64,000 bases of DNA from Octopus sinensis (Eukaryota), in NCBI RefSeq assembly GCF_006345805.1, contig NC_043005.1, positions 58,280,001-58,344,000 of the forward strand. The letters are read 5' to 3'. How positions within the stretch are numbered: position 1 is the first letter of the stretch; the number at the start of each line of letters is the position of its first letter. Position numbers and translations under genes: made by a program. Of the stretch, positions 12,680-26,252 are shown in pieces. The notes under the pieces are model-generated. The model was not told the origin of the DNA. It saw only the letters and a program-made list of their open reading frames with translations, and ran no database searches.

Positions 12680-13204
12680 CATCATTATTATCATTATGTT
12701 TATTAGATTTCGGAAATGGTGCGGAGATAACAGCAAAAACAACAACAATAACAATGGCAGCATTTATTCTGATAGGTTTGAACTTGTCAGATATAACAAT
12801 GTTAAAAGTTAAAAGTCTATCATGTTTGAAATATTAAATAAATATAAATTAAATACACAAAATTAAGCCTGACATTTTGATTTCAATATCATATTTTCTT
12901 TTATGATCTGTGGCTTTATTAAACTGTCAGAGAAGAAACAAAGTATTTAATATATTTTTGATGCCACTTAGCTGAGGGCAACTAGATTCAGCTACAAGTG
13001 GCGGATTATGCTACTCTTCAAGATTACATGATACTCTTTTAAAGAGGCTCCCTGCCACTTTAATATAGCAAGTTTTAAATTTACAATTCCTGTGGAATAT
13101 CGTATAAAGTTATCAACTGGATAAATTATATCCAACATACAAGCAATATTTATGTATGGATGTATGAATGTGTGCGTGTGTGTGTACATATGTATGTATG
13201 TATG

Positions 13205-13760
13205 TCAGGTCACTTTCGAGTGCTACTGGTAACATGTAACCCAGTAAAACCTGTTGCATGGTCGGGTCGTCGGTGACTAAACCAGCAACCTCACCAAGCT
13301 TGCTTGGTGAGGAGGGTGTTTATAGGACACCGTACAGGAGGAAAAACAAAACCCGTCAAAGGGCGGAGGAACTCTTGAGAGTCAACAGCCATCCAATAAA
13401 TGTCTTAAGGCTGTATCATGTGTGGGGATATAGAAATAATCGGACTGAATACTCGATCGCGCGGTTAAACCATTGGGAGTGAAGGACTCCTAGCCTTTGT
13501 TAGGGCATCCTTCTAGGAGAAGGTAACTCAGGTAACTGGGATAACTCCGACATAAAACCTGCGGCTCAGTGGTTACTGATGATGTTGACTTGTTCTTCTT
13601 TTCGGATTATGGCTGCTGTTGCTTAGCGAGTGGGATTGACTCAGTGCACAGCCTTTCCTCACTTTAAAATAAATCTTCTTGCACAGGCATTGCACGATAA
13701 CAACATTGATTAAGCTTTGTGCAATGGCCATACTCGATAATGAAGGGGCAGCCACCATGC
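13205..13760 (+). mobile_element. Probable 5' UTR region of an RTE-type LINE
   Basis: Relatively GC- and CpG-rich island with gggcatccttctaggagaaggtaactc, which resembles RTE 5' leaders (recognised from memory of the family). Hairpins include cctcaccaagc-tt-gcttggtgagg. No ORF follows. Confidence 0.5.
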
Positions 13761-13767
13761 ATGTATA

Positions 13768-14060
13768 AAGAGGGTAAAGTCCCCTTTCAGTCACAAATGA
13801 CTATAGGATTACACCTAGAAAGTTCCCCTCTGAGGCACAAGTCTGGACAAGGTTGCTTTGTGGAAGACCAGCCATTGCCCATGCATACCAACCCCACTTC
13901 TCCATGCGACTGATGTTATCCAAGAGAAAGGCAAAAGCCAATACAGCTTGGCACCAGTGTTGTTACAACTCATTTCTACAACTGTGAAAATTGAAACAAT
14001 GTGAAATAAAAGCAACTCATTTCTACAGCTGAATGAACTGGAGCAACATGAGATAAAGTT
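13768..14060 (-). mobile_element. tRNA-derived SINE, family C
   Basis: Reverse complement of the body of the copy at 56267-56625. Further copies at about 38213-38548 (-), 39195-39775 (-, split by a family B SINE) and 20205-20330 (+, partial). Confidence 0.7.
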
Positions 14061-15029
14061 CTGTTGGACTCACTTCGATCAGATCAATTGTAGATGAGAG
14101 TTGCTTTTGATAGGACCTGATAGAAGGTATGCTCAAGGACTCTGCCTCCACAACCCTCCCAACACAATCCTCCACAATCCTTCTATGGCTAGAGACCCTT
14201 CCTGTCCACATCTTTCACTTGTTTCCAGACCCTATGGTCAGATATATGTTTCTTATTTCTTTACTGCTCACAAGGAGTTACACACAGAGGGGACAAACAA
14301 GGACAGATAAATGGATTAAGTCAATTATGTTGACCCCAGTGCATAACTGGTATTTATTTAATCAACCCTGAAAGATGATAGGTAAAGTCGACCTTGGCGG
14401 AATTTGAACTCAGAACGTAGCGGCAGACGAAAAACCGCTAAGCATTTTGGCCGGCATGCTAATGTTTCTGCTAAATTGCCTCCTTATATGGTCAGATATG
14501 TGTTTGGAGGATGATTGGAAATGAACAACATTGATTGTATGATGACATTGCTCATTTCTCAACATCATATGTACACTCAACCCATCCCAACAAATATTTT
14601 ATTTGTATATGTTAACACTTTGACTGTGGAAAACACCCGTCCACCGCAGCCAAAGTGTCAAAGACATATTCTCTGGTGAAGTGGAGTGGCCTGCAAAAGT
14701 CCTGTGCCCATGCCATATAAAAAGCACTTGTACTGATACCATGTAAAAAGCACCTGTGCTGGTGCCATATAATGGCACTTGTGCTAGTATCATGTTAGAA
14801 CCATTCAGCACACACTGTAAAGTGATTGGCTGTAGAAACCAAGTCAAATCAGACTGGAACCTGGTGCAACTTCCCAGCTTGCCAGCTTTGGTGAAACAGA
14901 TGTTAAAGGATGCTAATGATGATGCATGTGTGCATGTGTGTGTATATACATACATGCATGCATACATACATACATACATATATACATACATACATATGTG
15001 TATGTGTGTGCATACATATATAATATGTA

Positions 15030-15378
15030 CAGGTGTGGCTGTGCGGTAAGAAGCTTGTTTCCCTGCCACATGGTTTGCCGGTTCAATCCTACTGCATGCT
15101 AGCTTATGCGAGTGTTTTTACTATAGCTGATCAAAGCCTTTTGAGTGGGTATGGTATATGGAAACTGAAAGAAGCTTTATGTGTGTGTGTGTGTCGGTGT
15201 TTGTACCCCATGGGTATGTTTACATCCACATAGTTTAGCAGTTCAGCAAAAGAGACCAATAGAATAAGTACTAGGCTTTAGAAAAAAGTCCTGGGGTTGA
15301 TTTATTCAACTAAATCCCTTCAAGGCAGTGCTGAAGCATGACTGTACTTAAATGCCTGAAACAAGTAAAAGATAAAAA
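15030..15378 (+). mobile_element. SINE family A copy
   Basis: ggtgtggctgtgcggtaagaagcttg head; ...gaaacaagtaaaagataaaa tail. Confidence 0.75.
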
Positions 15379-15389
15379 AAATACATATA

Positions 15390-15630
<241 letters not shown>

Positions 15631-15698
15631 AGAATTTTTTTGTGTAATAAGATAAAAAACCAAGGCTGTGTAGATATTAGAGCATTTATAGATAGAAG

Positions 15699-15750
15699 GT
15701 CTTAGAGCTGTTTCTAGGATATTAATTTATAACATCCCTTCATCGGAGAC
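15699..15750 (-). ncRNA. Variant or decayed type I hammerhead motif
   Basis: Minus strand reads GTCT CCGATGA AGGGATGTTA TAAAT TAATATCCTA GAAA CAGCTC TA AGAC: stem I 4 bp, stem II 9 bp with an A.A base mismatch, U4>C core, stem III CAGCTG>CAGCTC. Confidence 0.55.
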
Positions 15751-15886
15751 AGTGTGAGACAATAGTTAAGTCATAGCTTAGATGTGATACAAAATGGAGA
15801 GTGAGGTGGAAGAAAAAAATAGATGGAAGATATGTATGGGTATTAAAGTTCTAAATCCATTTTTTAGGCATAATGTTATATATGCA

Positions 15887-16281
15887 ACTAGCAGTATCAC
15901 CCGGCGTTGCTTGGGTTTGTAAGGGAAATAACTATATAAGCATTTTTAGAGATGCTTATATAGCCATCTCAATATGGCTAACCACAAAGGGGGGGGTGTT
16001 ACTGTAGCTTTTTACGTTCTGAGGTTTAATAATAAATTTTTAGAGAGTTACTTCCCTTATATATGCCAAAAATGCATTAAAAATGGGAAAAATTGATGGT
16101 AAATTTTTTTTAAAATCGTAGACTCATCGTAGACGTGCGCTAATACCCAGAAGGGCTCGATATGAATCATGACTATAAGATACCCGGTTTTGGTTAAACT
16201 GCACTGCAAAATGTGGGAGTAGTTAGGAATCTAAATCGTAGGAGACAGACAGAACACAACCTCACTTTTATATATAAAGAT
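15887..16281 (+). mobile_element. Non-autonomous Helitron-type (HINE/Lep1-like) element
   Basis: Starts actagcagtatcacccggcgttgcttggg (5' hairpin) and ends gacagacag...cttttatatataaagat. Ends are shared with 29006-29400 while the interiors differ. Confidence 0.6.
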
Positions 16282-16493
16282 ATTCCAATATCCTATGAGT
16301 AAAGTCCAAAAGTCCAAAAGTCCAACGGAGTTTAAAATTAGTCCTTCCAAATATAGAGTTTATAAGCAATGTAAGATTCCCTTATGAGTGAGATCAAGCA
16401 GAGTTATGAACTTGGTCATTCCCTGATGAGAATTTATATACAGTGTTGCAGAGTCAGAGGTTTTTATGCTTACATTGCTTATATCTTACACTG

Positions 16494-17335
16494 GGGACTT
16501 CCAGGAAAGTTCCGAGGGTTTGGAGACTTTCTGGAAAGTTCCGAGGATGGGACTTCCTGGAAATTTCTGAGAATTTCATGGAAAGTTCAGAGGAGGGGAT
16601 TTCCTGGAAATATCCGATGATTTCATGAAAATATCCGAGGATTTGGCGACGTTCTTGAAACTTCCAAGGATTTCCTAGAAAGTTCCGAGGGTCTCCTGGA
16701 AAGTTCCGAGGATTTCTTGGAAAGTTCTGATGATTTCCTGGAAACTCCCGAGGATTTGATGACTTCCTGGAAAGTTCCAAGGAGGGGACTTCATGGAAAT
16801 TTCCGAGGATTTCGTGGAAAGTTCCAAGGTTGGTACATCCTGGAAAGTTGCGAGGATTTAGCGAGTTCCTGGAAATTTCCGAGGATGGGACTTCCTGGAA
16901 ATTTCCGAGGATTTACTGGGACGTTCCGCTGATTTGCGGACCTCCTGGAAAGTTCCCAGGATGGGATTTCTTCGAAGTTTTGGAAGATTTCATAGAAAGT
17001 TTCAAGGATGGGACTTCCTGGAAAGTTCTGCGGATTTGGGGTCTTCCTGGAAATTTTCAAGTGTGCGACATCCTGGAAAGTTTGGAGGATTTCCTGGAAA
17101 ATTCCGTGGATTATGGGTTTTCTTGGAAAGTTCCGAGGATGGGATTTCCTGGAAAGTTCCGAGCCTTTGGCGACTTCTTGGAAAGTACCGAGGGTGGGTC
17201 TTCCTGGAAAGTTCCGAGGATTTTCTGGAACGTTCCCAGGATTTCCTGGAAAGTTCCGAGGGCTTGGTGACTTCCTGAAAAGTTCCGAGGATGGATTTCT
17301 TGAAATGTTCGGAGGATTTCCTGGAAAGTTCCGAG
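16494..17335 (+). repeat. Variant minisatellite array, core TTCCTGGAAAGTTCCGAGGA, units of about 21/26/29 bp
   Basis: Roughly 35 degenerate cores joined by T, TGGGAC or TTTGGCGAC-type spacers; stop-free frames give the FPGKFRGF/PRNFPG ORFs. Confidence 0.9.
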
Positions 17336-17666
17336 TATCAGTTGACTTTGTTGCTAGCGAAATGGTATATACCAGCTGTGTGAGCAATTGGTTGTTTTAA
17401 TGGCAGAACAAACTGAGGAATTCCATTAGAAAAGTTTTAATTGATTTTTCTCGGTAACTATGGGAGCTAGAAAACAATACAAACCGCATTTTAATCTATG
17501 CCCCTGTCTCCACATGTGTGCCATTTTTTAAGCGAATCCACCTAGCCGTTTGGCTGTGAACCTCAAGACAAGAAAGAATACAACGATCGCCCTTGTCCAA
17601 TTTATATTATAGATATATATATATCTACCCTCCACACACAGACACACACACACATACATACATATA

Positions 17667-17704
<38 letters not shown>

Positions 17705-18282
17705 AACACACTCATGGATCGTTGTGTCTCCATCCACTAAATTCTCTCAGAAGCTTTTGGGCCAGGACTACAGAAGACACTTGTCTAATGTCATATTCTG
17801 TGGAACTGAACCCAAGCCATGTGGATGTGAAGCAAACTCCATTACCACGTATGTACACTGAGATATAGACATACACGCACTGATACACACACATACACAC
17901 ATATATAATTACGTGTGTACACGCGTGGACACGCATGTGTGTGTGTCTGTACATGTGTACATTTGTGCTATACACAAAGCACAGATTAGTCTCCATACAT
18001 AATAGAATAAGTATACTTTCTGACTTTTCATAAAATAAATATCTTGAATAGCACACACACACACACACACACGCACATACACACTTGCACATGTGTGCAT
18101 GCATGTGCGTGCACATGCATACTCATGTATATATTTATATGTGTATGTGAGTTGTTGTCTGTACGAACGTATGTGTAAATAAATCTTTATTTTTTTTGTA
18201 GCATTAATTTATTTTCACCAGTGGCAAATTTCATTAAATTACTTTTTACCAAGAATATCTCTTGATATTTCATCATCATCAT

Positions 18283-18317
<35 letters not shown>

Positions 18318-18899
18318 ACATTGTCTTCACCATTTTGGTTTCCTTATATATTTGATAGAAGTATAGTGATCTCAGTGTATATAATTGATAAAAATTTATA
18401 AAAATTTACAAATATTAACAAAATGTTTTACTTTTCTTTTTTTCTTAAATTGACAGCTGTGTCTTTTAAATAGGATTTTTTTTTTATATAAATATATATA
18501 ATTAATATATTGAATTAAACCAATGAAATTAAAGTCTAAGAATTCTTAGAAATTTGTGAGATGTTGAAGGAGATTAGGTGAATGGAATAAAAAAAAATAA
18601 TAATGTGTGATTAAGCAGTGCACTTTGCAGCAACATGGTTTCCAGTTCATTCCCACCAAACAGTGTTGTGTGTGTGTGTGTTGTGTGTGTGTGTGTGTGT
18701 GTGCATGCATGTGTGTGTACATGTGTGTGCATGCGTGTGTTTGTATGCATTTGTGCACGTGTGTGTGCATGTATACACATGCAGGACAATGTGCAGGATT
18801 GGGTGCATCTGTGTCTGTGAATCTTTTTCTCAACATTATGCAATAATTGATGAACAAACATCACCATGCAAACATTATCATTTGATCGAAATTATCATT

Positions 18900-19190
18900 C
18901 ATCATTATCATTTAACGTCCACTTTCCATGCTAGCATGGGTTGGACAATTTGACTGAAGAATGGCGAACCAGATGGCTGCACCAGACTCCAATCTGATCT
19001 GGCAGAGTTTCTACAGCTGGATGCCCTTCCCAACGCCAACCACTCCGAGAGTGTAGTTGGTGCTTTTACATACCACCGGCACGAGGGCCAGTCAGGTGGT
19101 ACTGGCAACTGCCACACTCAAATGGTGCATTTTATGTGCCACCTGCACAGGAGCCAGTCCAGCAGCACTGGCAGTGACCTCATGCCTAAA
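18900..19190 (-). mobile_element. RTE-type LINE 3' end, or SINE sharing it, with (GAT)n tail
   Basis: Recurrent module ...gttggcgttaggaagggcatccagctgtagaaac...ccaacccatgctagcatggaaa...cgttaaatgatgatg. Other copies at about 14660-14922 (+), 19590-19930 (-), 24200-24530 (-), 26850-27025 (+), 31640-31850, 31940-32145, 32370-32600 (+), 51160-51360 (+). Confidence 0.6.
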
Positions 19191-20493
19191 CATTATGTTG
19201 CTCATGTATGAAGAATTTAGGGTAAATGCTACCTTGTTTGGATAAAAGTGAGCGTTAGTGATTGAAAGAGCATTGGAATGTTGAAAATATGCCCCAGTAA
19301 ATTTTGGCTGATAATAATGAGTGACAACAGAAACAGTATTAATATCAAAAAGCAATCTTTATGTCCAACTTAATGTGGATATTTTGGTAGAATACTGAAT
19401 ACTATGTTGGCATTCATAGCAGACAATTCTTGCTGGCCAGTAATATAAATATGAGTGTTTTTATGCACCATGTGTCCACATGAGAGGTCCTCTCAAAGTA
19501 AATAGTGCAGTATTTGGTGTTCTAAGAAAACATCAACATTAAGTTGGATATCAAAATTACCTTTTGGTGTTAATACTTTTATTATCACTATCATCATCAT
19601 CATCGTTGTCGTTTAACATTCGCTTTCCATACTAGCATGGGTTGGACGATTTGACTGAGGGCTGGCGAACCAGATGGCTGTACCAGGCTCCAATCTTGAT
19701 CTGGCAGAGTTTCTACAGCTGGATGCTCTTCCTAGCGCCAACCACTCCGAGAGTGTAGTGAGTGCTTTTATGTGCCACCGGCACGGGGGTCAGTCAGGTG
19801 GTACTGGCAACGACCTCGCTTGAATGTTTTTACATGTGCCACTGGTACAAGTGCCAGTAAGCTGACGCTCATAACGATCACGCTCGAATGGTGCCTTTTA
19901 TGTGCCACCAGCACGGAAGCCAGTTAGCCAACCTGCTGGCTAATTTGAAATATTGGTGCCTGTAAAGGTAATGGAATTCTAAACATGATTGAATGTGAGA
20001 TTCGGCTGTTATGCCACTACTGAATGTCTGCCACTGAAGAGACTGAGCATGTCAAAATTCCGTGATCAAGTAGTCCTGGCACCTGTAGCAAACAATTCTT
20101 ATTTGCCAAAGATATAAATATCAGTGCTTTTATGTGCCATGCATTCATATAAAAGATCCTTTCAAGTAAGTAATAGCACAGTAAATAATAAGGTAAATAA
20201 CACAAATGGCTTTGTGGTTAGGGTGTTGCACTCAAGCAACTGTGAATTCAATTCTTAGACTGAGTGGTGTGCTCTGTTCTTGAGCAAAACATTTCATATC
20301 ACGCTGCTCTACAATCACTTTAACACCTGGCACATGGCAAACTGTGCACCTGTTCAGACAACAACAATTTTATGGAGAGAGTGAGCAGGAACATTTGATC
20401 TCTATAAACAAATCATTTGTGCAGGTCATTTAGCAAAAGCTGAATGCTCATTTGTTGTCTTTGATAGGAGAGTCCATTGTTTATATACATATA

Positions 20494-20682
20494 CTCTTTT
20501 ACTTGTTTCAAATCGATCCCAGGACTTATTCTTTGTAAGCCTAGTACTTATTCTATCGGTCTCTTTTGCAGAACTGCTAATTTATGGAGACATAAACACA
20601 CCAGCATCAGTTGTCAAGCAATGTTGGGTGAACAAACACAGACACACAAATGTATACACATACACATACATATGTATATATA

Positions 20683-20731
<49 letters not shown>

Positions 20732-21064
20732 TATAACGAGCTTCTTTCAGTTTCCGTCTACCAAATCCACTCACAAGGCTTTGGTCGGCCCGAGGCTATA
20801 GTAGAAGACACTTGCCCAAGGTGCCACACAGTGGAACTGAACCTGGAATGATGTGGTTCATAAGCAAGCTACTTACCACACACACACACACACATATAAA
20901 TGATTGGCTTCTTTCAGTTTCCATCTACCAAATCCACTCACAAGGTTTTGGTTAACCTGGAACTAAAGTAAAAGACACTTACCCAAGGTGCCACATGGTG
21001 GGACTGAATCCAGAACCATGTAGTTACGAAGCAACCTTCTTACCATGAAACACAGCCATGCCTG
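20494..21064 (-). mobile_element. Two adjacent SINE family A copies (one complete, one 5' half)
   Basis: Family A motifs at 20494-20882 and 20905-21064 on the minus strand. Confidence 0.75.
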
Positions 21065-21991
21065 ATTGGTTAATTAATTCTGTGGCTTTAATGAAGGTAG
21101 CAATTACAATGAGTCATTTTCATATATCTCACACTAAATTATATACGATTGAATGGTTTGATAAATAATTTTCAAAAAGTTATGTAAAGTTGCGGCAAAT
21201 TCGATGACTGAACGAGATACAACATCATAATAATCTTAAAGGTGATGAGATCAAGATTTATTTGAAATCTTATTCCATTTCTGGATGGGTGAACGTGTGC
21301 TGGTGATTACGTGTATTATGACATGTTCATATATATTTAATATATTAAATTACTTCTGACTTAAATGATTTAATAAAGAATTCTTGGAAATGTGTGAAAA
21401 CTGGAAATAGATTTACTGTAAGGAGACAATATGTGAACTCCGATTGAAATGAGTCTTTTCATATTTACGGGTATAGTCTTTTCTCATTGTTGCTGATGTT
21501 GTTGTTGTTATTCTTGTTGTTGTTGTTGTTTAGCCACTGGTCAGTCGTGATCCAGAAAACCTATGATGAAAGGTATTCTAGTTGTGGCTATCATAATATT
21601 ATTTTTTTCTGCTGGCATTGTGTGTATAGGATTATTTCGAGTAATCTCTCTTTTAAGATGCAAAGTGTGGTGTGAGAGAGATTTTGACTAGAGGCTGTCT
21701 TGTTAGTACTTTTATGTGTCTGGTTCGGTAATTCATTTCTATATCAATGGTGATGAGGACTCTGCTGCCAAATGTTGACACTGAAGCTGATGACAGTTCT
21801 GATGATTGGGAAAATTCATTATACTATTATGGTTATATATCTGTTTCACAGTTAAGTGGTTAGTTGAGATATGCAGAGACTAAGAGAGAGAGAAGAGCGT
21901 TAAGCAAGCAGAAGAAATGGGGTAGCAGAGAGATATAGGAGAAAGGAAACATTATTGTGTTATACAATTTGAATGGTTTGCAAAAGGGAAG

Positions 21992-22030
<39 letters not shown>

Positions 22031-22119
22031 ATACTACTATGTGGTAGTGGTGAGAAGTAAGACAAAATATATGTTATTTAGAGACATAATTATGCACACA
22101 CACACACGCATTTGATATA

Positions 22120-22159
<40 letters not shown>

Positions 22160-22370
22160 GAAACTGTAGTAAGTTTGACAATGGTGATAGTGTCAAATAA
22201 AGTGTTGTTACTCAATAAAGGTGACAGTCGTAGTTATGAGTTGGGGACTGGGAAGTGTAGTTTTATTTTATCAAATTAATGCATGTGATTTAGTGAAATT
22301 TATTGTCCTCTGCTAAGCTTAGCTGTTCATTTCTGTATATAGAATGAAATCAAAAACAGAGACTCACATA

Positions 22371-23640
22371 TTAGGGTGTTCAGAAAGTAATTGCGTTTTG
22401 CCAGAGAGGATATAAAAACAAATGTAAACTATATTTATCTAAATAGTTTTAATCAAGAATATAATCACCATATTTTTCAATGACTGTGTCCCAATAGGAA
22501 AGTAGTTTTTTTATGCCACACTCAAAGAAACCTATTTATTTTCCTAAAAAAATAATGGTCTGAAGGACTGTTTTTCAACTTTCTCTCCATTTCTGGATGT
22601 TTTGCCTCTTATAAAATGTTCTAGTGATCAGAACTGATGGAAATCCATAGGTAAAATCCATAGGTACTAAGTCAGGTGAGTATAGAGAATGTGGAAAAAC
22701 TTCCTATCCTAACGATCTTAATTTTTACTTGGGTTTGTTTTGAAGAGTTTGGCTGTGCATTGTCATGCTGGAGAATAACACCTTTTCTGTTTACCAAATC
22801 TGGCCACTGTCGAAATAATTTTTCATTTACATGATCAAGTTGTTGGCAATAGACATCTGCATTGATGGTCCTTTCATGTACCAGTAGCTCGTAATGGATG
22901 ATACCTTTCATGTTCCATCAAACACAAAGCAAGGATTTTTGTGGATAGAGTTCTGGGTTTGGTATTGGCACTGGCCTCTCATATGTGAAAACCATTGATT
23001 TTTTTCATTTTCTGTTGTGATGCAAGACCCTTTTTACATCACCTGTAACAATGCACTGCAGAAATTACAGGTTGTTATTCCTGGTTGGAAGACTGCTGCA
23101 GATAGTGGAAAGTTGTGTTTGGTTCTCAGGTGTAAGCTCATGTGAAACTCAAATTCCCTCTTTGCATGTTTTCTCAATTTGCTTGAGATGTTCGTGGATA
23201 GTTGAACATGATATATTAAATTTTTATGCCAAATTGCTAGTGTTTTGACACGGATTGTCTCATTCAAAAGGTCCTCATTCAGAGTGGGTCTTCTTCCAGA
23301 GCAAGATTTGTCAGATATCTTTAAACCTTTTAAACTGCAGCTGACATGTACGAGATTTCTCTGCGCCCAGAGACACTTCACAGATGTTTTCCATTGCTTC
23401 TGGAGCAGTACTTTTCTTTCAAAACTCATACAACAAGCAATGGCAAATTTATTGTTTCATAAAATTTTTATCCTCCATGAGGTTAATTACCAAAATAACT
23501 ATGAATGACACACTACCAGATAGAAGAGATGATATACTATTTCTAGACAGCTACCACCCATTCAACCATGGTTCTGACATGATTGGCTGAGTTATATTTC
23601 ATAGTGGTGAAAAAGTGCAGTAACTTTCCAAACACCCTAA
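22371..23640 (-). mobile_element. Full-length mariner transposon with pseudogenised transposase
   Basis: TIRs ttagggtgttcagaaagtaattgc / gcagtaactttccaaacaccctaa with TA both sides, 1270 bp. Minus-strand MEDKNF.. from 23478, VSHELT, GDEKW, GIIHYELL..TINADVYCQQL, GVILQHDNA. Confidence 0.92.
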
Positions 23641-24596
23641 TAATTCATAAGGCAATTCACTGATAAACTAAGGATTAAAATTGAAGAGATATGCTATTGG
23701 TACAACATTTATTCTGTTTGTATTATTTGTACCGACAGATAGTAAATATTTTAAATATATATTCTTTTACACATTTAGCCTCTTATTGGTTTTGTACTGT
23801 GGCCATGTTGAAACACTGCCTTAAAGGGTTTCATCAAGGCTATTGACTCCTGTACTTATTTAAAAAAAACTTTTGGTACTTATTTTATCAATGTGTATTT
23901 GTCACACTATTATGTTATAGTACATTAGTTTTAAGCAGCATAAACATAAACACACACATACACAGACACACACTCACTCACACATACACGTACATTCACA
24001 TGCATACACTCATATTAGTAGAATACCTGGCATTGCTCAGGATAAACAGTATCTATAGATTACAGAGAGTTGTTCTTAATGAGGTGTGTTATTTGATTTT
24101 TTGTGAAAAGTTACTCTCCGTGTAAGAAACCTAATTGTTTTTCACTACATATATAGCAGTCTAGTGTGTAAAGAGTTCACAGTCTTACAACTATATCATC
24201 ATCATTATCATCGTTTAACTTCTGTTGTCCATGCTGGCATGGGTTGGATGGTTTGACCAGGGCTAGTAATTTGGAAGGCTGCACCAGACTCCAGTCTGAT
24301 TTGGCATGGTTTTCTACAGTTGGATGCCCTTCCTAACACCAACAACTCTGAGAGTGTGAAGGGTGCTTTTATGTGCCACTAGCATGGGTGCCATTTGTGC
24401 AACACCAGTATCTGTCGAGACTGTGATTTTGCTCAGCTTGATGGTTCTTCTTCTCAAGCACGACATAATGCCAAAGTTCTCAGTCATTGCTTCCATGAGG
24501 CCAAACACTCAAAAGGAACTCAGCCACTTCAACTAAGCTACTGTTTTATTGCAGATAGATGACAACTGTACTTTATATCATTACTAAATAATATCT

Positions 24597-24892
24597 GTGG
24601 AGGTGCAATGACCCAGTGGTTAGGGCAGCGGATCATAGTTTCAATTCCCAGACTGGGCGTTGTGTGTGTTTATTGAGTGAAAACACCTAAAGCTCCATGA
24701 GGTTCCGGCAGGGGGTGGTGGCGACCCCTGTTGTACTCTTTCACCCCAACTTTCTCTCACTCTTTCTTCCTGTTTCTTGGGTAATGCTGCAATGGACTGG
24801 CATCCCATCCAGCTGGAGGGAACACATACGCCATAGAAACTGGGAAACTGGGCCCATGAGCCTGGCTAGGTTTGAAAAAGGGCGCATAAATA
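24597..24892 (+). mobile_element. tRNA-derived SINE, family D
   Basis: gtggaggtgcaatgacccagtggttagggcagcgg (A box) ... gtttcaattccc (B-box-like). Related copies at 31313-31623, 33078-33268 (-), 58228-58528 and 58530-58715. Confidence 0.7.
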
Positions 24893-25204
24893 ATAAGAAA
24901 AACTAAATAATATCAGTTTCAGATTTTGGTACAAGGCCAGCAATTTTTGAGAGAGGGGGTAAGTTGATTACATCTACCCAAGTGCTCAGCTGGTACTTAT
25001 TTTATCAACAGTGAAAGAATAAAATGCAAAGTCAACTGTAGTAGAATTTGAACTCAGGACATAAAACCCGGAAGAAATGATGTGATGCATTTTGTCCAGC
25101 CTGCTAACATATTCTGCCAGCTCACTGCCTTATTACTAAATAATACCAAAGAATATTTACCATCAGATATGCATTTCTATATATTTAATTTGCGATTCAT
25201 TCAC

Positions 25205-25680
25205 AGACACAAGAGTGGCTGTGTGGTAAGTAGTTTGCTTACCAACCACATGGTTCCGGGTTCAGTTCCACTGCATGGAATTTTGGGCAAGTGTGTTCTG
25301 CTATAGCCATGGGCTGACCAAAGCCTTGTGAGTGGTTCTGGTAGACTGAAACTGAAAGAAGCCCATCGTATATATATATATATATATATATATATTTCAT
25401 TACAATTTTCGGTATGCGGTCAAGCAACTTGTTGCAAAACCCTTATTGTTATAATTATATATATATATACATGCGTGTGTGTGTGTTTGTGTGTCTGTGT
25501 TTGTCACTTGACAACCGATGTTGATGTGTTTATGTACCTGTAACTTAGCAGTTCAGCAGAAGACACCGATAGAATAAGTACTAGGCTTATAAAGAGTAAG
25601 TCCTGGGGTTGATTTCTTCCACTAAAAGCGGTGCTCCAGCTTGGCCTCAGTCAAATGACTGAAACAAATAAAAGGAAAAA
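25205..25680 (+). mobile_element. SINE family A copy
   Basis: Full family A motif set. Confidence 0.8.
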
Positions 25681-26252
25681 GGAAAGCCATTTTGGTGCAG
25701 CAGAACAATGTTTCATTTCTACTGAAGTGCATTAAAAATGCAGTACCTATGCAATATTGTTTCCTATTTCCTATTCTCAGCAAAAAAAAACAAATAAAAA
25801 GAGAGAGAGAGATGTAACTTTTGTCTTTGGTTAATAATATATTCTTGTCTTATCATTCATAATATTCGGCTGTATATTCTACTGTAGCTTTTTAATTCTT
25901 CATGCTTTAAATAGGCAGACACATATCTGGTTATTATTTATTTATAATGTGGGTAATCTCAAGACTATAATTTATAAAGAATCCAATTTTCATATGGCAG
26001 CAAACAAATATATTTTTCTGTATATTGAATTAGTATTTCATTTACTATCATCTCACTAAGTCAAGACTGAGGCTTTCATTCTTCCCTGTCTCCGGATCAT
26101 GTTGAAAAATATGAAATAAATGGCAACAGAATAAAAGACAATAGCCTTCAACTGATATAATTTTTTCTTCTCACTGCATATTTTATTTTGAGTTAACTTT
26201 TTTAGTGCTTTACTCTTTAAATTGCAGACACCCACCACACAATACTTGATTA

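Noticed and set aside
16384-17400. 100-200 aa ORFs with FPGKFRGF or PRNFPG repeats on both strands
   Set aside because: Stop-free frames of the minisatellite, open on both strands, with no unique coding flanks.
20026-20085. CTGAAGA-GAC..GTC-AAAA hammerhead look-alike
   Set aside because: GAAA is AAAA, stem III does not pair and the stem I register is off by one.
21745-21865. Short acidic ORF MVMRTLLPNVDTEADDSSDDWENS
   Set aside because: Under 40 codons, no convincing splice sites and no recognisable family.
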